Virus record (IMG/VR): IMGVR_UViG_3300050120_000156
Coordinates: 7,714-71,713 of that record
Reading direction: 5' to 3' (one strand)
From: a virus
DNA length: 64,000 bases
Shown: one piece after another, positions 48,055 through 56,376 of the stretch
Numbering within the stretch: the stretch's first letter is position 1
Layout of the letters: every line of letters begins with the position of its first letter
Notes under the pieces: model-generated
Databases searched by the model: none
Told to the model about the DNA's origin: nothing
The model's input: the letters and a program-made list of their open reading frames with translations, nothing else
Position numbers and translations under genes: made by a program

Positions 48055-48112
48055 TTGTAACGATAAGCAACCGTTGGTATCTTCGCGGTGACAGTGACGG
48101 GCGCGCCGCCCG
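48055..48112 (+). promoter_or_regulatory. lysis-cassette promoter plus GCGCC-loop hairpin
   Basis: TTGTAA-N17-TATCTT; CGGGC-GCGCC-GCCCG. Confidence 0.7.
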
Positions 48113-48171
48113 GGCGAATTTCATAGGCAGGCCACCGCGGAGCTCGCGGCCGCTGCCGGGGATGCCGTCCG

Positions 48172-48522
48172 ATGTGGGAACTCCTCGCGAAGATCTTCAA
48201 CAACCCGAAGGCGACGGCGCTGTCGCGCGGGGCGATGTTGACCTTCGCCGTGATGGGCATCGTCTTCCTGCCGTTGTCGTGGTGGGTCGGGCAGGCCGCC
48301 TACGACGAGTTTCAAAGCACGCGAAGCGACGTCAAGACCATCCTGACATCGATCAACGGCCTCAACACCAAGATCGAGGTCTCGAATGCCGATGCCGCCG
48401 CCCGCGACCGCCGCATCACCGATATCGAAGCCATCAACCAGGTGCAGGGCGGCTACATCGCGCGCTTCGCCGAGCACATCGCCAGGCTCGAGGGCCAGAT
48501 CAACCAAGGAGAGCGCCGATGA
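48172..48522 (+). CDS. single-TM plus coiled-coil lysis-region membrane protein (holin/antiholin-like)
   Basis: Hydrophobic segment then heptad-rich tail; first gene of lysis cassette. Confidence 0.65.
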   Translation: MWELLAKIFNNPKATALSRGAMLTFAVMGIVFLPLSWWVGQAAYDEFQSTRSDVKTILTSINGLNTKIEVSNADAAARDRRITDIEAINQVQGGYIARFAEHIARLEGQINQGERR

Positions 48523-49085
48523 TCCTCTGGAAATTCATCGTCGGGCTCGAGGGTGGCTTGAATCTGAGGGGCTACGTGCCGCGCGGCGCCGATGGCACCG
48601 TTGCCGGGCACAGCGGCGTCTCGATAGCCGACGGCGTCGACCTCGGCCAGCGCAATGTCTCGGATCTCGCCAAGCTGAAGCTCGACCCGGCGTTGGATCG
48701 GCTGCTGTCGCCGTATGCCGGCGTCACCGGCGACGCGGCTGCGGCATTCCTGGCGCGGATCCCGCTGGTGCTGACCGCCGACCAGGCGCGGCAGCTGAGC
48801 GATGCCGTCCACGCCGCCAACCTGCCGGTGCTGGCGCACGACTACGATGCGGCGATCGCGGCCGGTGCCGTCGTCTTCGACCAGTTGCCCGATGAGCCGG
48901 CGACGGTGATCTGCAGCGTCGCGCACCAGTATGGGAGCCTCGCCAAGGCTTGCCCGCGGTTCTGGCGCGCGGCGGTTGCGCAGGATTGGGGCGCCGTCAT
49001 CGCTGAGTTGGAGAATTTTGGCGACGCGTACAAAACGCGGAGGTATAACGAGGCAGACTTTCTTCGCGGCATGATGCTGGCGTAG
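48519..49085 (+). CDS. endolysin, pesticin C-terminal-like muramidase
   Basis: WKFIVGLEGG...GYVP...SGVSIADGVDLGQ...PY.G..G..A...TVI.SVA.QYG...F.D.Y.TRR..EA. Confidence 0.9.
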   Translation: MILWKFIVGLEGGLNLRGYVPRGADGTVAGHSGVSIADGVDLGQRNVSDLAKLKLDPALDRLLSPYAGVTGDAAAAFLARIPLVLTADQARQLSDAVHAANLPVLAHDYDAAIAAGAVVFDQLPDEPATVICSVAHQYGSLAKACPRFWRAAVAQDWGAVIAELENFGDAYKTRRYNEADFLRGMMLA

Positions 49086-49117
49086 GGCTGGCTGGCCGCT
49101 TCACGAGGGAGTGTCTC

Positions 49118-49675
49118 GTGCAGGGCTACCGGACCATCATCGTCAATGCCGTCATGACCATCGCCGCCGGCGGCACCGTCCAGTTCACCGATCTCCCGCC
49201 GCAGGCACAGCACTGGCTGACGATCGCCGTCATCGCATGGAGCATGCTCAACGTCATCCTCCGGCTGCTCACCAAGACGCCGATCGCGGTCAAGGTGGCG
49301 GATGCCGTCGAGAAGACGACCGGGCTGACGCCGGCGCAGGCGAATGAGATCTACGCGGAGGTTTCTCGGCGGGTTGCGGCGACCGTGGCGACGATGCCGC
49401 CCGACCGGCAGAGATCCATTCTGCCGGGCACCGTCTTGGGCGGGATCAAGCCGGTGCTGGCGACTGCGGCGCAGGACATCGCCAAGGTAGCGGCGGCGCT
49501 GCCGGCGCAGGAGTCCGCCGTCCAACAGTTCACGCGAGATGTCGTCGGGTTGAGTGCGCCTCCCCAAGATGCCGCCGTCATGCCGCCGCAAAACATTGCG
49601 GCCCCGCCACCTGCACAGCTGCAGGCGGCAGCGCCGGTGCCCGCCACTGCGGCGGCGGCAGCACCGGCGATCTGA
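49118..49675 (+). CDS. holin-like membrane protein with soluble C-terminal extension
   Basis: GYRTII.N...LNVILRLLTKTP holin-type signature; two hydrophobic segments. Confidence 0.65.
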   Translation: MQGYRTIIVNAVMTIAAGGTVQFTDLPPQAQHWLTIAVIAWSMLNVILRLLTKTPIAVKVADAVEKTTGLTPAQANEIYAEVSRRVAATVATMPPDRQRSILPGTVLGGIKPVLATAAQDIAKVAAALPAQESAVQQFTRDVVGLSAPPQDAAVMPPQNIAAPPPAQLQAAAPVPATAAAAAPAI

Positions 49676-49697
49676 TTTCCGAGCCAGGGAGACCGCC

Positions 49698-49958
49698 ATG
49701 TCGTACTCGTTCAGCTTCATCGCCCGCACCAAGGAACGCGCCATCGAGCTCGTCGAGGTGCAGGGCAAATATCCGAACGTCGACCGCTGCGTCGTCGACA
49801 TCGTCGTCTCGGCGATCCGCGCGCTGCCGGAAGAGGGCGACGGCAGCTCGGACAAGATGATCTCGGTCAGCGCCAGCGGCCATCACGCCATCAAGGGCGG
49901 ATCGCATCCGGTGACGACGCACCAGATCGAGGTCAAGCCGGTCACCATCACCGAATGA
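49698..49958 (+). CDS. hypothetical protein
   Basis: GGGAG SD; MSYSFSF...ISVSASGH. Confidence 0.7.
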   Translation: MSYSFSFIARTKERAIELVEVQGKYPNVDRCVVDIVVSAIRALPEEGDGSSDKMISVSASGHHAIKGGSHPVTTHQIEVKPVTITE

Positions 49959-49994
49959 CCGGTGCCATCCGGTCGCAACCAGGAAGGAACCACC

Positions 49995-50480
49995 ATGCGT
50001 AATCTACTCAATCTGCTCGGTGCCACGGCGCTGTTCGCGCTCGCCGCCTGCGTCGGCGGCACCACGCCAACCGCCTCGGCCGACACGATGACCTTCGCCC
50101 AGCAGGTCGCCGCGTTCAACACCAAGGCGCAGGCCGACATCGCGGCATTCAACGCCAACGCGCTGACCGATTCGATCGCGGTCGGCAAGTCCGCCTGCGG
50201 CTACGTCTCGGAGGCCAACGGGCTCTTCCAGAATGTCGCGACGGTCGGGGCGGTGGTCGGCAACATCGATCCCGCCGTCGGGGCGGCCGAGCAGGGCGTC
50301 ATGATCGGCGTCAACCTTTCCTGCAAGCGGATCGACAACGCCGATCCGACGCAGCCGGCGGCGCCGCAGGTCGTCAACGCGGTGCTCCAGGTCGTCGCGG
50401 CGATCCCGCAGATCAAGTCGGCGCTGGTGACGGCGAACCCGACGGTCGCGGCCGTGGCGACTGCACCGGTCACGAATTAG
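49995..50480 (+). CDS. lipoprotein (spanin-like role possible)
   Basis: Lipobox LAAC after hydrophobic leader; AGGAAGG SD. Confidence 0.75.
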   Translation: MRNLLNLLGATALFALAACVGGTTPTASADTMTFAQQVAAFNTKAQADIAAFNANALTDSIAVGKSACGYVSEANGLFQNVATVGAVVGNIDPAVGAAEQGVMIGVNLSCKRIDNADPTQPAAPQVVNAVLQVVAAIPQIKSALVTANPTVAAVATAPVTN

Positions 50481-50484
50481 CACA

Positions 50485-51156
50485 GTGACCGCCGATCTGA
50501 CGCTGCGCCTCGCCGAGGCGGCGGCCGGCACCTATCAGCCGAATGCGGTGCAGCAGTGGCATGGGCGCGACAACCGCGTCCATGTCTACCTCTCGCTGAT
50601 CGATGGCGTCCACGTCATCTCGCACGAAGGCACGACGGATTGGATCGACCGGTCGTCGCTGCCGGAATGGCTGATCGACTTCGATGCCTGTCCGGTGCTG
50701 TCGCCGGGTGGCGCCTACGGCTACGTCCATGCCGGGATGCTGCGCGACGTCCTTTCCGTCGTCGACGACATCGAGGCCTATCTGGCGGGGCTCGGCTGGC
50801 CGCCCTATATGCTGGATGGGCACAGCAAGGGCGGCGGCGAGGTCACGCTCGAGGCTGCCGAGTTTAAACGCCGCGGCCATCCGCCTCTGGCGGTGCGCGC
50901 CTACGAGCCGCCGCAGGTCGGTGGCTTCGCGCTGCGCGACTATCTCTCCGACATCGATTTCGCCTGGACCTGCACGGTGAACGCCGCCGGACGCGATCTC
51001 GTTACCAGGGTGCCGGAAGGCTTGCAGCTACCGCATCTCTGCGACTGGTCGCACATCAACGACCCGATCCTGCTGACCGTGCCGGACGGCATGGACATCG
51101 TGACGAAGCACAAGATTCCGGCGGTGCTCGCGGCGCTGACGGCGCTCGCCGCCTGA
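50485..51156 (+). CDS. class 3 lipase (alpha/beta hydrolase)
   Basis: EGT..W..DF; VHAG; GHSKGG nucleophile elbow; PPQVG; N...DLVTRVP; C-terminal His. Confidence 0.85.
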   Translation: MTADLTLRLAEAAAGTYQPNAVQQWHGRDNRVHVYLSLIDGVHVISHEGTTDWIDRSSLPEWLIDFDACPVLSPGGAYGYVHAGMLRDVLSVVDDIEAYLAGLGWPPYMLDGHSKGGGEVTLEAAEFKRRGHPPLAVRAYEPPQVGGFALRDYLSDIDFAWTCTVNAAGRDLVTRVPEGLQLPHLCDWSHINDPILLTVPDGMDIVTKHKIPAVLAALTALAA

Positions 51157-51185
51157 CAAACGTTTTTCCCGCAAGAGAGGTCACC

Positions 51186-51884
51186 ATGAAACAGCCGCAT
51201 CACACGCTGAACACGCTGAACAACAACCAGCATCTCGTCGTCGCCTTCAACGTCGACCTGCCGCCCGAGGTCGAGATCCTCTCCTATGGCGTCCCGCGGC
51301 TGTCGATCGACGGCGTGACGGAGGTATCGGCCGTGCTGGTGCCTGCGCCGACGGAAGGGCCTGGCCGCTTCGCGTTGGATTTCGTGCCGGCGTTCAACCT
51401 CGCCTTCGGTCACTACGCCGTCGAGGTCGAGATCGATGTCGTGCTGGCGACGGAGGGCGAGGTGACGCTCGACCGGCACATCCATTTTTTCGTGCTGAAC
51501 CCGGAAGGCGATGCGATCGCCGTCACGCCGCAGACGCCGGTCGACCAGGATGCGGCGATGCAGGCGGCGAGCGCGCCGACCAGCACGGCGATCGAGGAAG
51601 TGCCGGCGGGTGCCGGCAGCGGCGTTCCGGGGCCGGCCGCGCCGCTGGCACCAGTCGAGCAGCCGGCGCCGCAGGCACCGGAGCCGCTGACGGACGAGCA
51701 GCGGGCAGCCGCCGCCGCAGTGGCTGAGCAGGCTGCGCTCAACCAGGCGGCTGGGGATCAGAGTGGCGAGCAGCCGCCGGTGCCGCTGACGGACGCGGAG
51801 AAGGCGCTCGATGCGGCCAAGCAGTCGGCGGCGCAGCAGGCGCTGGTCAACCAGGGCGCGAGCGGCGAGCAGCCTCAGATCTGA
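51186..51884 (+). CDS. hypothetical protein with Ala/Gln/Pro-rich repeated C-terminus
   Basis: GAGG SD; PLTD..A...QAALNQ/QQALVNQ...SGEQP repeated twice. Confidence 0.75.
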   Translation: MKQPHHTLNTLNNNQHLVVAFNVDLPPEVEILSYGVPRLSIDGVTEVSAVLVPAPTEGPGRFALDFVPAFNLAFGHYAVEVEIDVVLATEGEVTLDRHIHFFVLNPEGDAIAVTPQTPVDQDAAMQAASAPTSTAIEEVPAGAGSGVPGPAAPLAPVEQPAPQAPEPLTDEQRAAAAAVAEQAALNQAAGDQSGEQPPVPLTDAEKALDAAKQSAAQQALVNQGASGEQPQI

Positions 51885-51903
51885 CGATCGCAAGGGGTGC
51901 GAC

Positions 51904-51934
51904 GGGCGGCGGCCGAAGGGTCGCCGCCCTTTTT
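51904..51934 (+). terminator. rho-independent terminator ending the late arm
   Basis: GGGCGGCGGCC-GAAG-GGTCGCCGCCC then TTTTT; lies between convergent genes. Confidence 0.85.
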
Positions 51935-52399
51935 CTATTCCTGCAGAGCGGCGATTTCCGATATGGCGGACAGCATAATCTCCACGGCGCGGCAGGCGAC
52001 CTCTGGGGTGATATCGAACCATTCTCCTGATCGGCGATACCGCGCCAGCGCGACGTGCAGGAGCGGCTCGATGTGCTTTGCCGCCACCCTTGTGATCTGA
52101 CGATGCAGCACGAGGATCGCGCCGTGCGGGTTGTCGACCCTGAGATTGCTGAACCTGAGATAGAGGTTGGAGGCGATTCAGATCTTCACCAAGCCAGAGG
52201 ATTCTATCACGTAGATGAAGGTATCGTCCGGGCTTGATGGTGCCTGCGGGACGCGGACGACGGGTACCTCGGCCTCGTCAGACTCATCGACGACGGGTGC
52301 GATGGATGCAAGATGCTTGGCCGCAGCCTCCGCCACGGCGGCGACAGACCACCGATCTTCGCGGAGCGGAAGCCCATTCTCGAATTCGTTCAACGCCAT
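51935..52399 (-). pseudogene. T5orf172/MUG113-like GIY-YIG protein interrupted by an in-frame TGA
   Basis: FIYVIESSGLVKI*IASNLYLRFSNLRVDNP...IEPLLH..L..YR.SGEWF; TGA at 52178-52180 replaces the Gly of KIG. Confidence 0.8.
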
Positions 52400-52450
52400 C
52401 TATAAATCCCGCTCTGCTCGAATTGAAAAAAGGCTCGTCGCGCGATCGGA

Positions 52451-53070
52451 TGTGCCGGCTTCTGTGCGCTAGGGAACCGCGTCGCCAAGACAGCAATCAT
52501 ACCCTATCCACGCTCTGAAAGCCGCAGAAAACCGCCATTCCTTAGGCTTCCTGCGGCTTCCTTAGCAGTGGTGTGTATGGTTTGCTAAACCGTTATACTG
52601 GGAAACCGGTATCGTGAGTTCGAATCTCATCCCCTCCGCCAACCCATTGTTCCTAAGCATATTTATCGGTTGAATGCGCCTCTGGCGTGTTCAATCGGCC
52701 TGAGAAACCGCCGCCTCTGTGCCGACAAACGTGCCAGGCATGGCATCCGATCCGATGCGCTTCGCGATTTGCTGCTCGGCCGGCGTCAGGTAGCGGAGAT
52801 AGACCTCCGTCGTCTTGATCGACTCGTGCCCGAGGATCTGCTGGCAGTCGTAGATCGAGCCGCCGCGGCGGAGATAATCGACGGCATACCAGTGGCGCAG
52901 ATCGTGGAATTTGAAGCGCCGGAAGTCCTTCCCGTCCTTGATTGCCTTGGCTGCGACGCGTCTGACGATCGCGGCGAATCGGCTCGAGACGTTGGCGTAG
53001 CGTTCGCCCTTGCCGTGCCAGAAGACGTACCGCGATTTGATGTGCGGGACTGTGCCGGCAATTGTGCCGA
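52451..53070. repeat. three pairs of 12-bp-spaced TGTGCCG-like direct repeats (integrase arm-site candidates)
   Basis: 52451/52463, 52718/52730, 53051/53063. Confidence 0.55.
52577..52641 (+). other. attP core: 3' portion of tRNA-Ser(GCT)
   Basis: Anticodon arm ATGGT-TTGCTAA-ACCGT, long variable arm, GTGAG-TTCGAAT-CTCAT T-arm, CCCCTCC-G-CCA; 5' acceptor and D-arm absent; adjacent to integrase 3' end. Confidence 0.9.
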
Positions 53071-53761
53071 CGGCTCGATCGTCGAGCGGTACCGAGCGCG
53101 GTCGCCGTGTCTTCGTTTTCGTGAGATCGATGGCGCGGCGCTTCAGGTTCGTCTGCGGCCGTTCCAGGCTGGCGATCTCCTCCTCGCGCATGCCGGTGAA
53201 CTGGGCGGTCAAGATCATCTTGGCGAAGTTCCCTGGTGCGTTGGCGACGACCATGGCGATGTGCTCGGGCTCCGGCAGCGCGATCGGATCGCGCCGCTCC
53301 TTGATCGAAGACCGGCTCCGCTCTCGAGCTGGGTTGTCGTCGCGCCAACCCTTGGCGACGGTCCATTCGATGACCGACGATACGGCGGTCAGGTCGCGGC
53401 GCCGCGTCGCGTTGGTGATGCCGGCGCGGCCGGCGATCTGGCCCATGGTCTTCTTGGTGATCTCGTCGACGTGCATGTCGTCGAGGATCGTCCTGCACTG
53501 TCCGAGCGAGACGAGGTAGCGCTGGATCGTGCTGGTGCCGAGATGGTCGCTGGCGTTCTCTGCCCAGCCCTTGACGGCGTCCTGCCAGGAATGGCGCTCC
53601 TCACCGTGGTAGCGAAAATGCTCGACCTCGCCGAGCATCGCTTTCAGGCGCTTTTTTGCTTCCGCGAGAACAGCCGTTCGTAGGCTGCGTCGAACGTCCT
53701 TCCCGTGAACTTGGATGCGTGCCCACCAAGTTTCACCACGCCGATAGAGATTGTCTGGCAT
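52691..53761 (-). CDS. int: tyrosine integrase
   Basis: FTGMREEEI, KTK, FHDLRHWYA, ILGHESIKTTEVY catalytic R-K-H-R-H-Y. Confidence 0.95.
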   Translation of the reverse strand: MPDNLYRRGETWWARIQVHGKDVRRSLRTAVLAEAKKRLKAMLGEVEHFRYHGEERHSWQDAVKGWAENASDHLGTSTIQRYLVSLGQCRTILDDMHVDEITKKTMGQIAGRAGITNATRRRDLTAVSSVIEWTVAKGWRDDNPARERSRSSIKERRDPIALPEPEHIAMVVANAPGNFAKMILTAQFTGMREEEIASLERPQTNLKRRAIDLTKTKTRRPRSVPLDDRAVGTIAGTVPHIKSRYVFWHGKGERYANVSSRFAAIVRRVAAKAIKDGKDFRRFKFHDLRHWYAVDYLRRGGSIYDCQQILGHESIKTTEVYLRYLTPAEQQIAKRIGSDAMPGTFVGTEAAVSQAD

Positions 53762-53949
53762 GCCATGCTCTCCCGATCATCGATCCATTGCCGCAGCTTC
53801 TTCTCGTCGATGCGCCAGCAGTCGCCGAGCTTCGCTGCGCCAGGGACGATGCCACGCTTCAGCCAGCCGTAGAAGGTCCGGCGGTCGACGCCGCAGATCA
53901 TTGCGGCCCGCGATGCCGTGATGCGCTCCATGGAGACTTTGCGTGCCAT
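53644..53949 (-). CDS. xis: excisionase / MerR-like HTH recombination directionality factor
   Basis: AAMICGVDRRTFYGWLKRGIVPGAAKLGDCWRID; overlaps integrase start. Confidence 0.8.
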   Translation of the reverse strand: MARKVSMERITASRAAMICGVDRRTFYGWLKRGIVPGAAKLGDCWRIDEKKLRQWIDDRESMACQTISIGVVKLGGHASKFTGRTFDAAYERLFSRKQKSA

Positions 53950-54010
53950 CTTGGGTTGCTCACGGGGTTGAGGGAGGACGATCTTTAGAGCGGAGATGGT
54001 TAGCGGATCG

Positions 54011-54985
54011 TTAAGCGAGCACGACCTTGCGGTGTGCCTCCGCCACGAAGTCGGCGATCCATGCATGGTCTGGCTCATCGGGCAGGCTCGAGCGCTCGGC
54101 AGCCGCCTCGACATCGACCAGCAGCTGCTCGATATCGGCGGCGACCTCCTGGTACGGTATCCGGCCCAGCTTGATATCGAGAATGTGCGCCGCATCGGGC
54201 AGCGGGAAGGTGACGCGCGCCGTCGTCAGCAGCTCGATCGCCTGGCGCCCGACGCGAACGGCATGCGACAGGGCCTTCCAGTCGACGCCCTGCTGCGCCT
54301 CGGCCTTGAGCGCGCGGTGACCGTATTCCCGGACCAGCGCTTCCATGATGCCGTGGGCGAGCTTGATCGTCGCCGTGAAGGGCATCTTGCGGCCGCAGAC
54401 ATCGAGGTGCGGGATGGTGGCGCCGCTGACCTGCGGGACATCGATCATCGCCATGTGCTCGGTCTCGGCCGCCATGGCACTCACGGCATCGCCGACGACG
54501 CCGAGCTTCACCACGGTGCCATGCTCTTCCAACGCTGCGGTTAGGAAATCGAGTGCCTTGCGCGCGGCTGCGACGCGGGAACCCTTGATGCCGTATTTGT
54601 TGGCCTGCTGGCGACAGTAGCCGATGAAGGATGCCGACTTCCTGGTGAGCAGCCGCGGCGTCGCCGCGCGGATCGCCAGCCATTCCCGCGCCGGCACCGC
54701 CTCGAGCGCCCAGTCTGGCGCGAACAGCATGTCGAGCGCGACCGTCTGCCCCTCGGCGACGAGGCCGAGGAAGCGCTGCAGGCTGTAGCTCTCCTCGTCG
54801 ATCTCGCCGGCGAAATTCTTCTCGCCTTCAGCCTTCGCGCGTTTCGTAGAAACCGAGCCCTTGACGCGTTGCAACAAGATATCCCGCGCGCTCGGAAGGA
54901 ATACGCCTTTCAGGTCGATATCGGACTGCGGGGTGGCCGTGCCATAGAGGTGCGACCCGAACTTGATTCTGACGATTGGCTTCAT
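54011..54985 (-). CDS. Pol-beta superfamily nucleotidyltransferase (Nuc-transf / RlaP-like)
   Basis: FGSHLYGTATPQSDIDLKGVFLP; GYCRQQANKYG; DWKALSHAVR; LL.IK.G. Confidence 0.9.
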   Translation of the reverse strand: MKPIVRIKFGSHLYGTATPQSDIDLKGVFLPSARDILLQRVKGSVSTKRAKAEGEKNFAGEIDEESYSLQRFLGLVAEGQTVALDMLFAPDWALEAVPAREWLAIRAATPRLLTRKSASFIGYCRQQANKYGIKGSRVAAARKALDFLTAALEEHGTVVKLGVVGDAVSAMAAETEHMAMIDVPQVSGATIPHLDVCGRKMPFTATIKLAHGIMEALVREYGHRALKAEAQQGVDWKALSHAVRVGRQAIELLTTARVTFPLPDAAHILDIKLGRIPYQEVAADIEQLLVDVEAAAERSSLPDEPDHAWIADFVAEAHRKVVLA

Positions 54986-55202
54986 GGCTCTCTTGCTCCG
55001 GTAGATCATCAAACGCGGTGATTGCGGCGACGCCGACGATCAGGACTTCCTCGGTGCCTTTGGCGCCCCAGGACACGCCGAATCGGCCGGCGGACCAGTA
55101 TCGGAAGAGGGCCGTCAGCTGCCGGTCGTCGACCCAGCCGCGGACGACGCGTGCACCAAAGAACGTGCCGATCTCCCAGTCATCTATCGTGCGTCGCTTC
55201 AC
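54828..55202 (-). CDS. hypothetical protein
   Basis: Fills gap with GTG start; long overlap with next gene makes the 3' end doubtful. Confidence 0.35.
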   Translation of the reverse strand: MKRRTIDDWEIGTFFGARVVRGWVDDRQLTALFRYWSAGRFGVSWGAKGTEEVLIVGVAAITAFDDLPEQESHEANRQNQVRVAPLWHGHPAVRYRPERRIPSERAGYLVATRQGLGFYETREG

Positions 55203-55212
55203 GTCCGACCCG

Positions 55213-55437
55213 CTATTCCTTGATCGGGCGCTGACGGTCGTAGAACGCGGCCATGCGCCGGCAATATCTGGCGTTCTCGAGTTCGCGGGCAGCATCGGCC
55301 TGCAGGTGCATCTTGCGGCTGACTGCGGCGGAGCACACCGCGATCGCACCGGCCCGGATCCACCAGCGCCGCCATGTCCAGCGGCGACCGCGCATCTTGC
55401 GGAAGATCCGCGCCTCGAGCTGATAGCGCGGCGTCAT
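55213..55437 (-). CDS. hypothetical basic protein
   Basis: ATGA overlap with DUF1643 stop. Confidence 0.55.
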   Translation of the reverse strand: MTPRYQLEARIFRKMRGRRWTWRRWWIRAGAIAVCSAAVSRKMHLQADAARELENARYCRRMAAFYDRQRPIKE

Positions 55438-55949
55438 GCCATACCTTTTTTCCAGAGGGTTGGTTTCGTGTCGTCGGGGATGCGTTCCTTGCCGCGGGCG
55501 AGCGGATGCTTCGGCGCGCCGGCGCGCGTCAGCCCGAACGCATAGAGGTCGATTCCAGCCTGCTGGAGCGTGTCTGCGAAGGTGAGGGGCCAACGGTCGT
55601 CCGGAGAGCCGTTGCCCCACGCCGCGACGAAGAGGTCAGCGTCCATGGCCTCCGCGAGTGCGACCGCCAATGCTGCGGCGCGGTGCGTCTCGCGCTCGAT
55701 CATGCGGAGGTCGAAGAGCCAGCGGTACAGCTCGAGCGGATCGGTTGCCCGGTACAGGTAGGTGTTGACGACGACGAGCCGGCCGAAGCCGAGCCGCGTC
55801 GTGAAGCCGCAGAGGCGGTGGATCGTCGGGTCGTTCATCGTCGGATCGTCGGCCTCGGCCTTGCTCGGATTCTGCATGCAGACGCAAAGCGTGAGACTGC
55901 CGCCGAGTTCGCGGACGAGACGCTCGCGGAAGGTGGATTGCTCGGTCAT
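55434..55949 (-). CDS. DUF1643 family protein
   Basis: MQNPSKA...DPTI.R...F....G....VVN...RATDP..L...AAWG...G.PKHPL. Confidence 0.9.
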   Translation of the reverse strand: MTEQSTFRERLVRELGGSLTLCVCMQNPSKAEADDPTMNDPTIHRLCGFTTRLGFGRLVVVNTYLYRATDPLELYRWLFDLRMIERETHRAAALAVALAEAMDADLFVAAWGNGSPDDRWPLTFADTLQQAGIDLYAFGLTRAGAPKHPLARGKERIPDDTKPTLWKKGMA

Positions 55950-55950
55950 T

Positions 55951-56376
55951 TCAGTTACTCGATGCCTCACCGACGCGACCGGCGCCGGAGACCGGAATCA
56001 TCACGTCGAGGTTGGGCGAACGGCATAGGAAGCTCCGGCGCTTGTGGTCAGCGCCGACCAGTGGCATCGCGACCTTCTCGAGCCACTGAATGACGTCCTC
56101 GGTACCGCGCGCTGGAACCGGTGCCGATGCCTTACGGAGGCCGCAGGTATGGCAGGTGTAGAGAACGTCGATCGTCAGGTCGATGGTGATCGGCGGCTGC
56201 GCGAAGGCGTCAATGATGCTGCGGCAGGCGCGCTCGTCGTGCTCGGCGCCGCAGGTGCAGCGCCAGTGCATGTGCCCGACTTGTCGCATCCGGACGAGGC
56301 CGGGGCACCGCATGCAATACGGGCTGTAGCCGGGACGCTCTATCGCGTTGCGCAGGACGATGCTTTCCCGTGTCAT
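55951..56376 (-). CDS. multi-Cys zinc-finger hypothetical protein
   Basis: YSPYCMRC...CTCG; YTCHTCG; ATGA overlap. Confidence 0.65.
   Translation of the reverse strand: MTRESIVLRNAIERPGYSPYCMRCPGLVRMRQVGHMHWRCTCGAEHDERACRSIIDAFAQPPITIDLTIDVLYTCHTCGLRKASAPVPARGTEDVIQWLEKVAMPLVGADHKRRSFLCRSPNLDVMIPVSGAGRVGEASSN

Noticed and set aside
52178-52180. UGA reassignment to Gly (alternative genetic code)
   Set aside because: Many genes in the window end in TGA with coupled ATGA/TGATG starts, so TGA is a stop
52540-52641. Complete functional tRNA-Ser gene
   Set aside because: The 5' acceptor strand (expected GGAGGGG-like) and D-arm are missing; it is an att core
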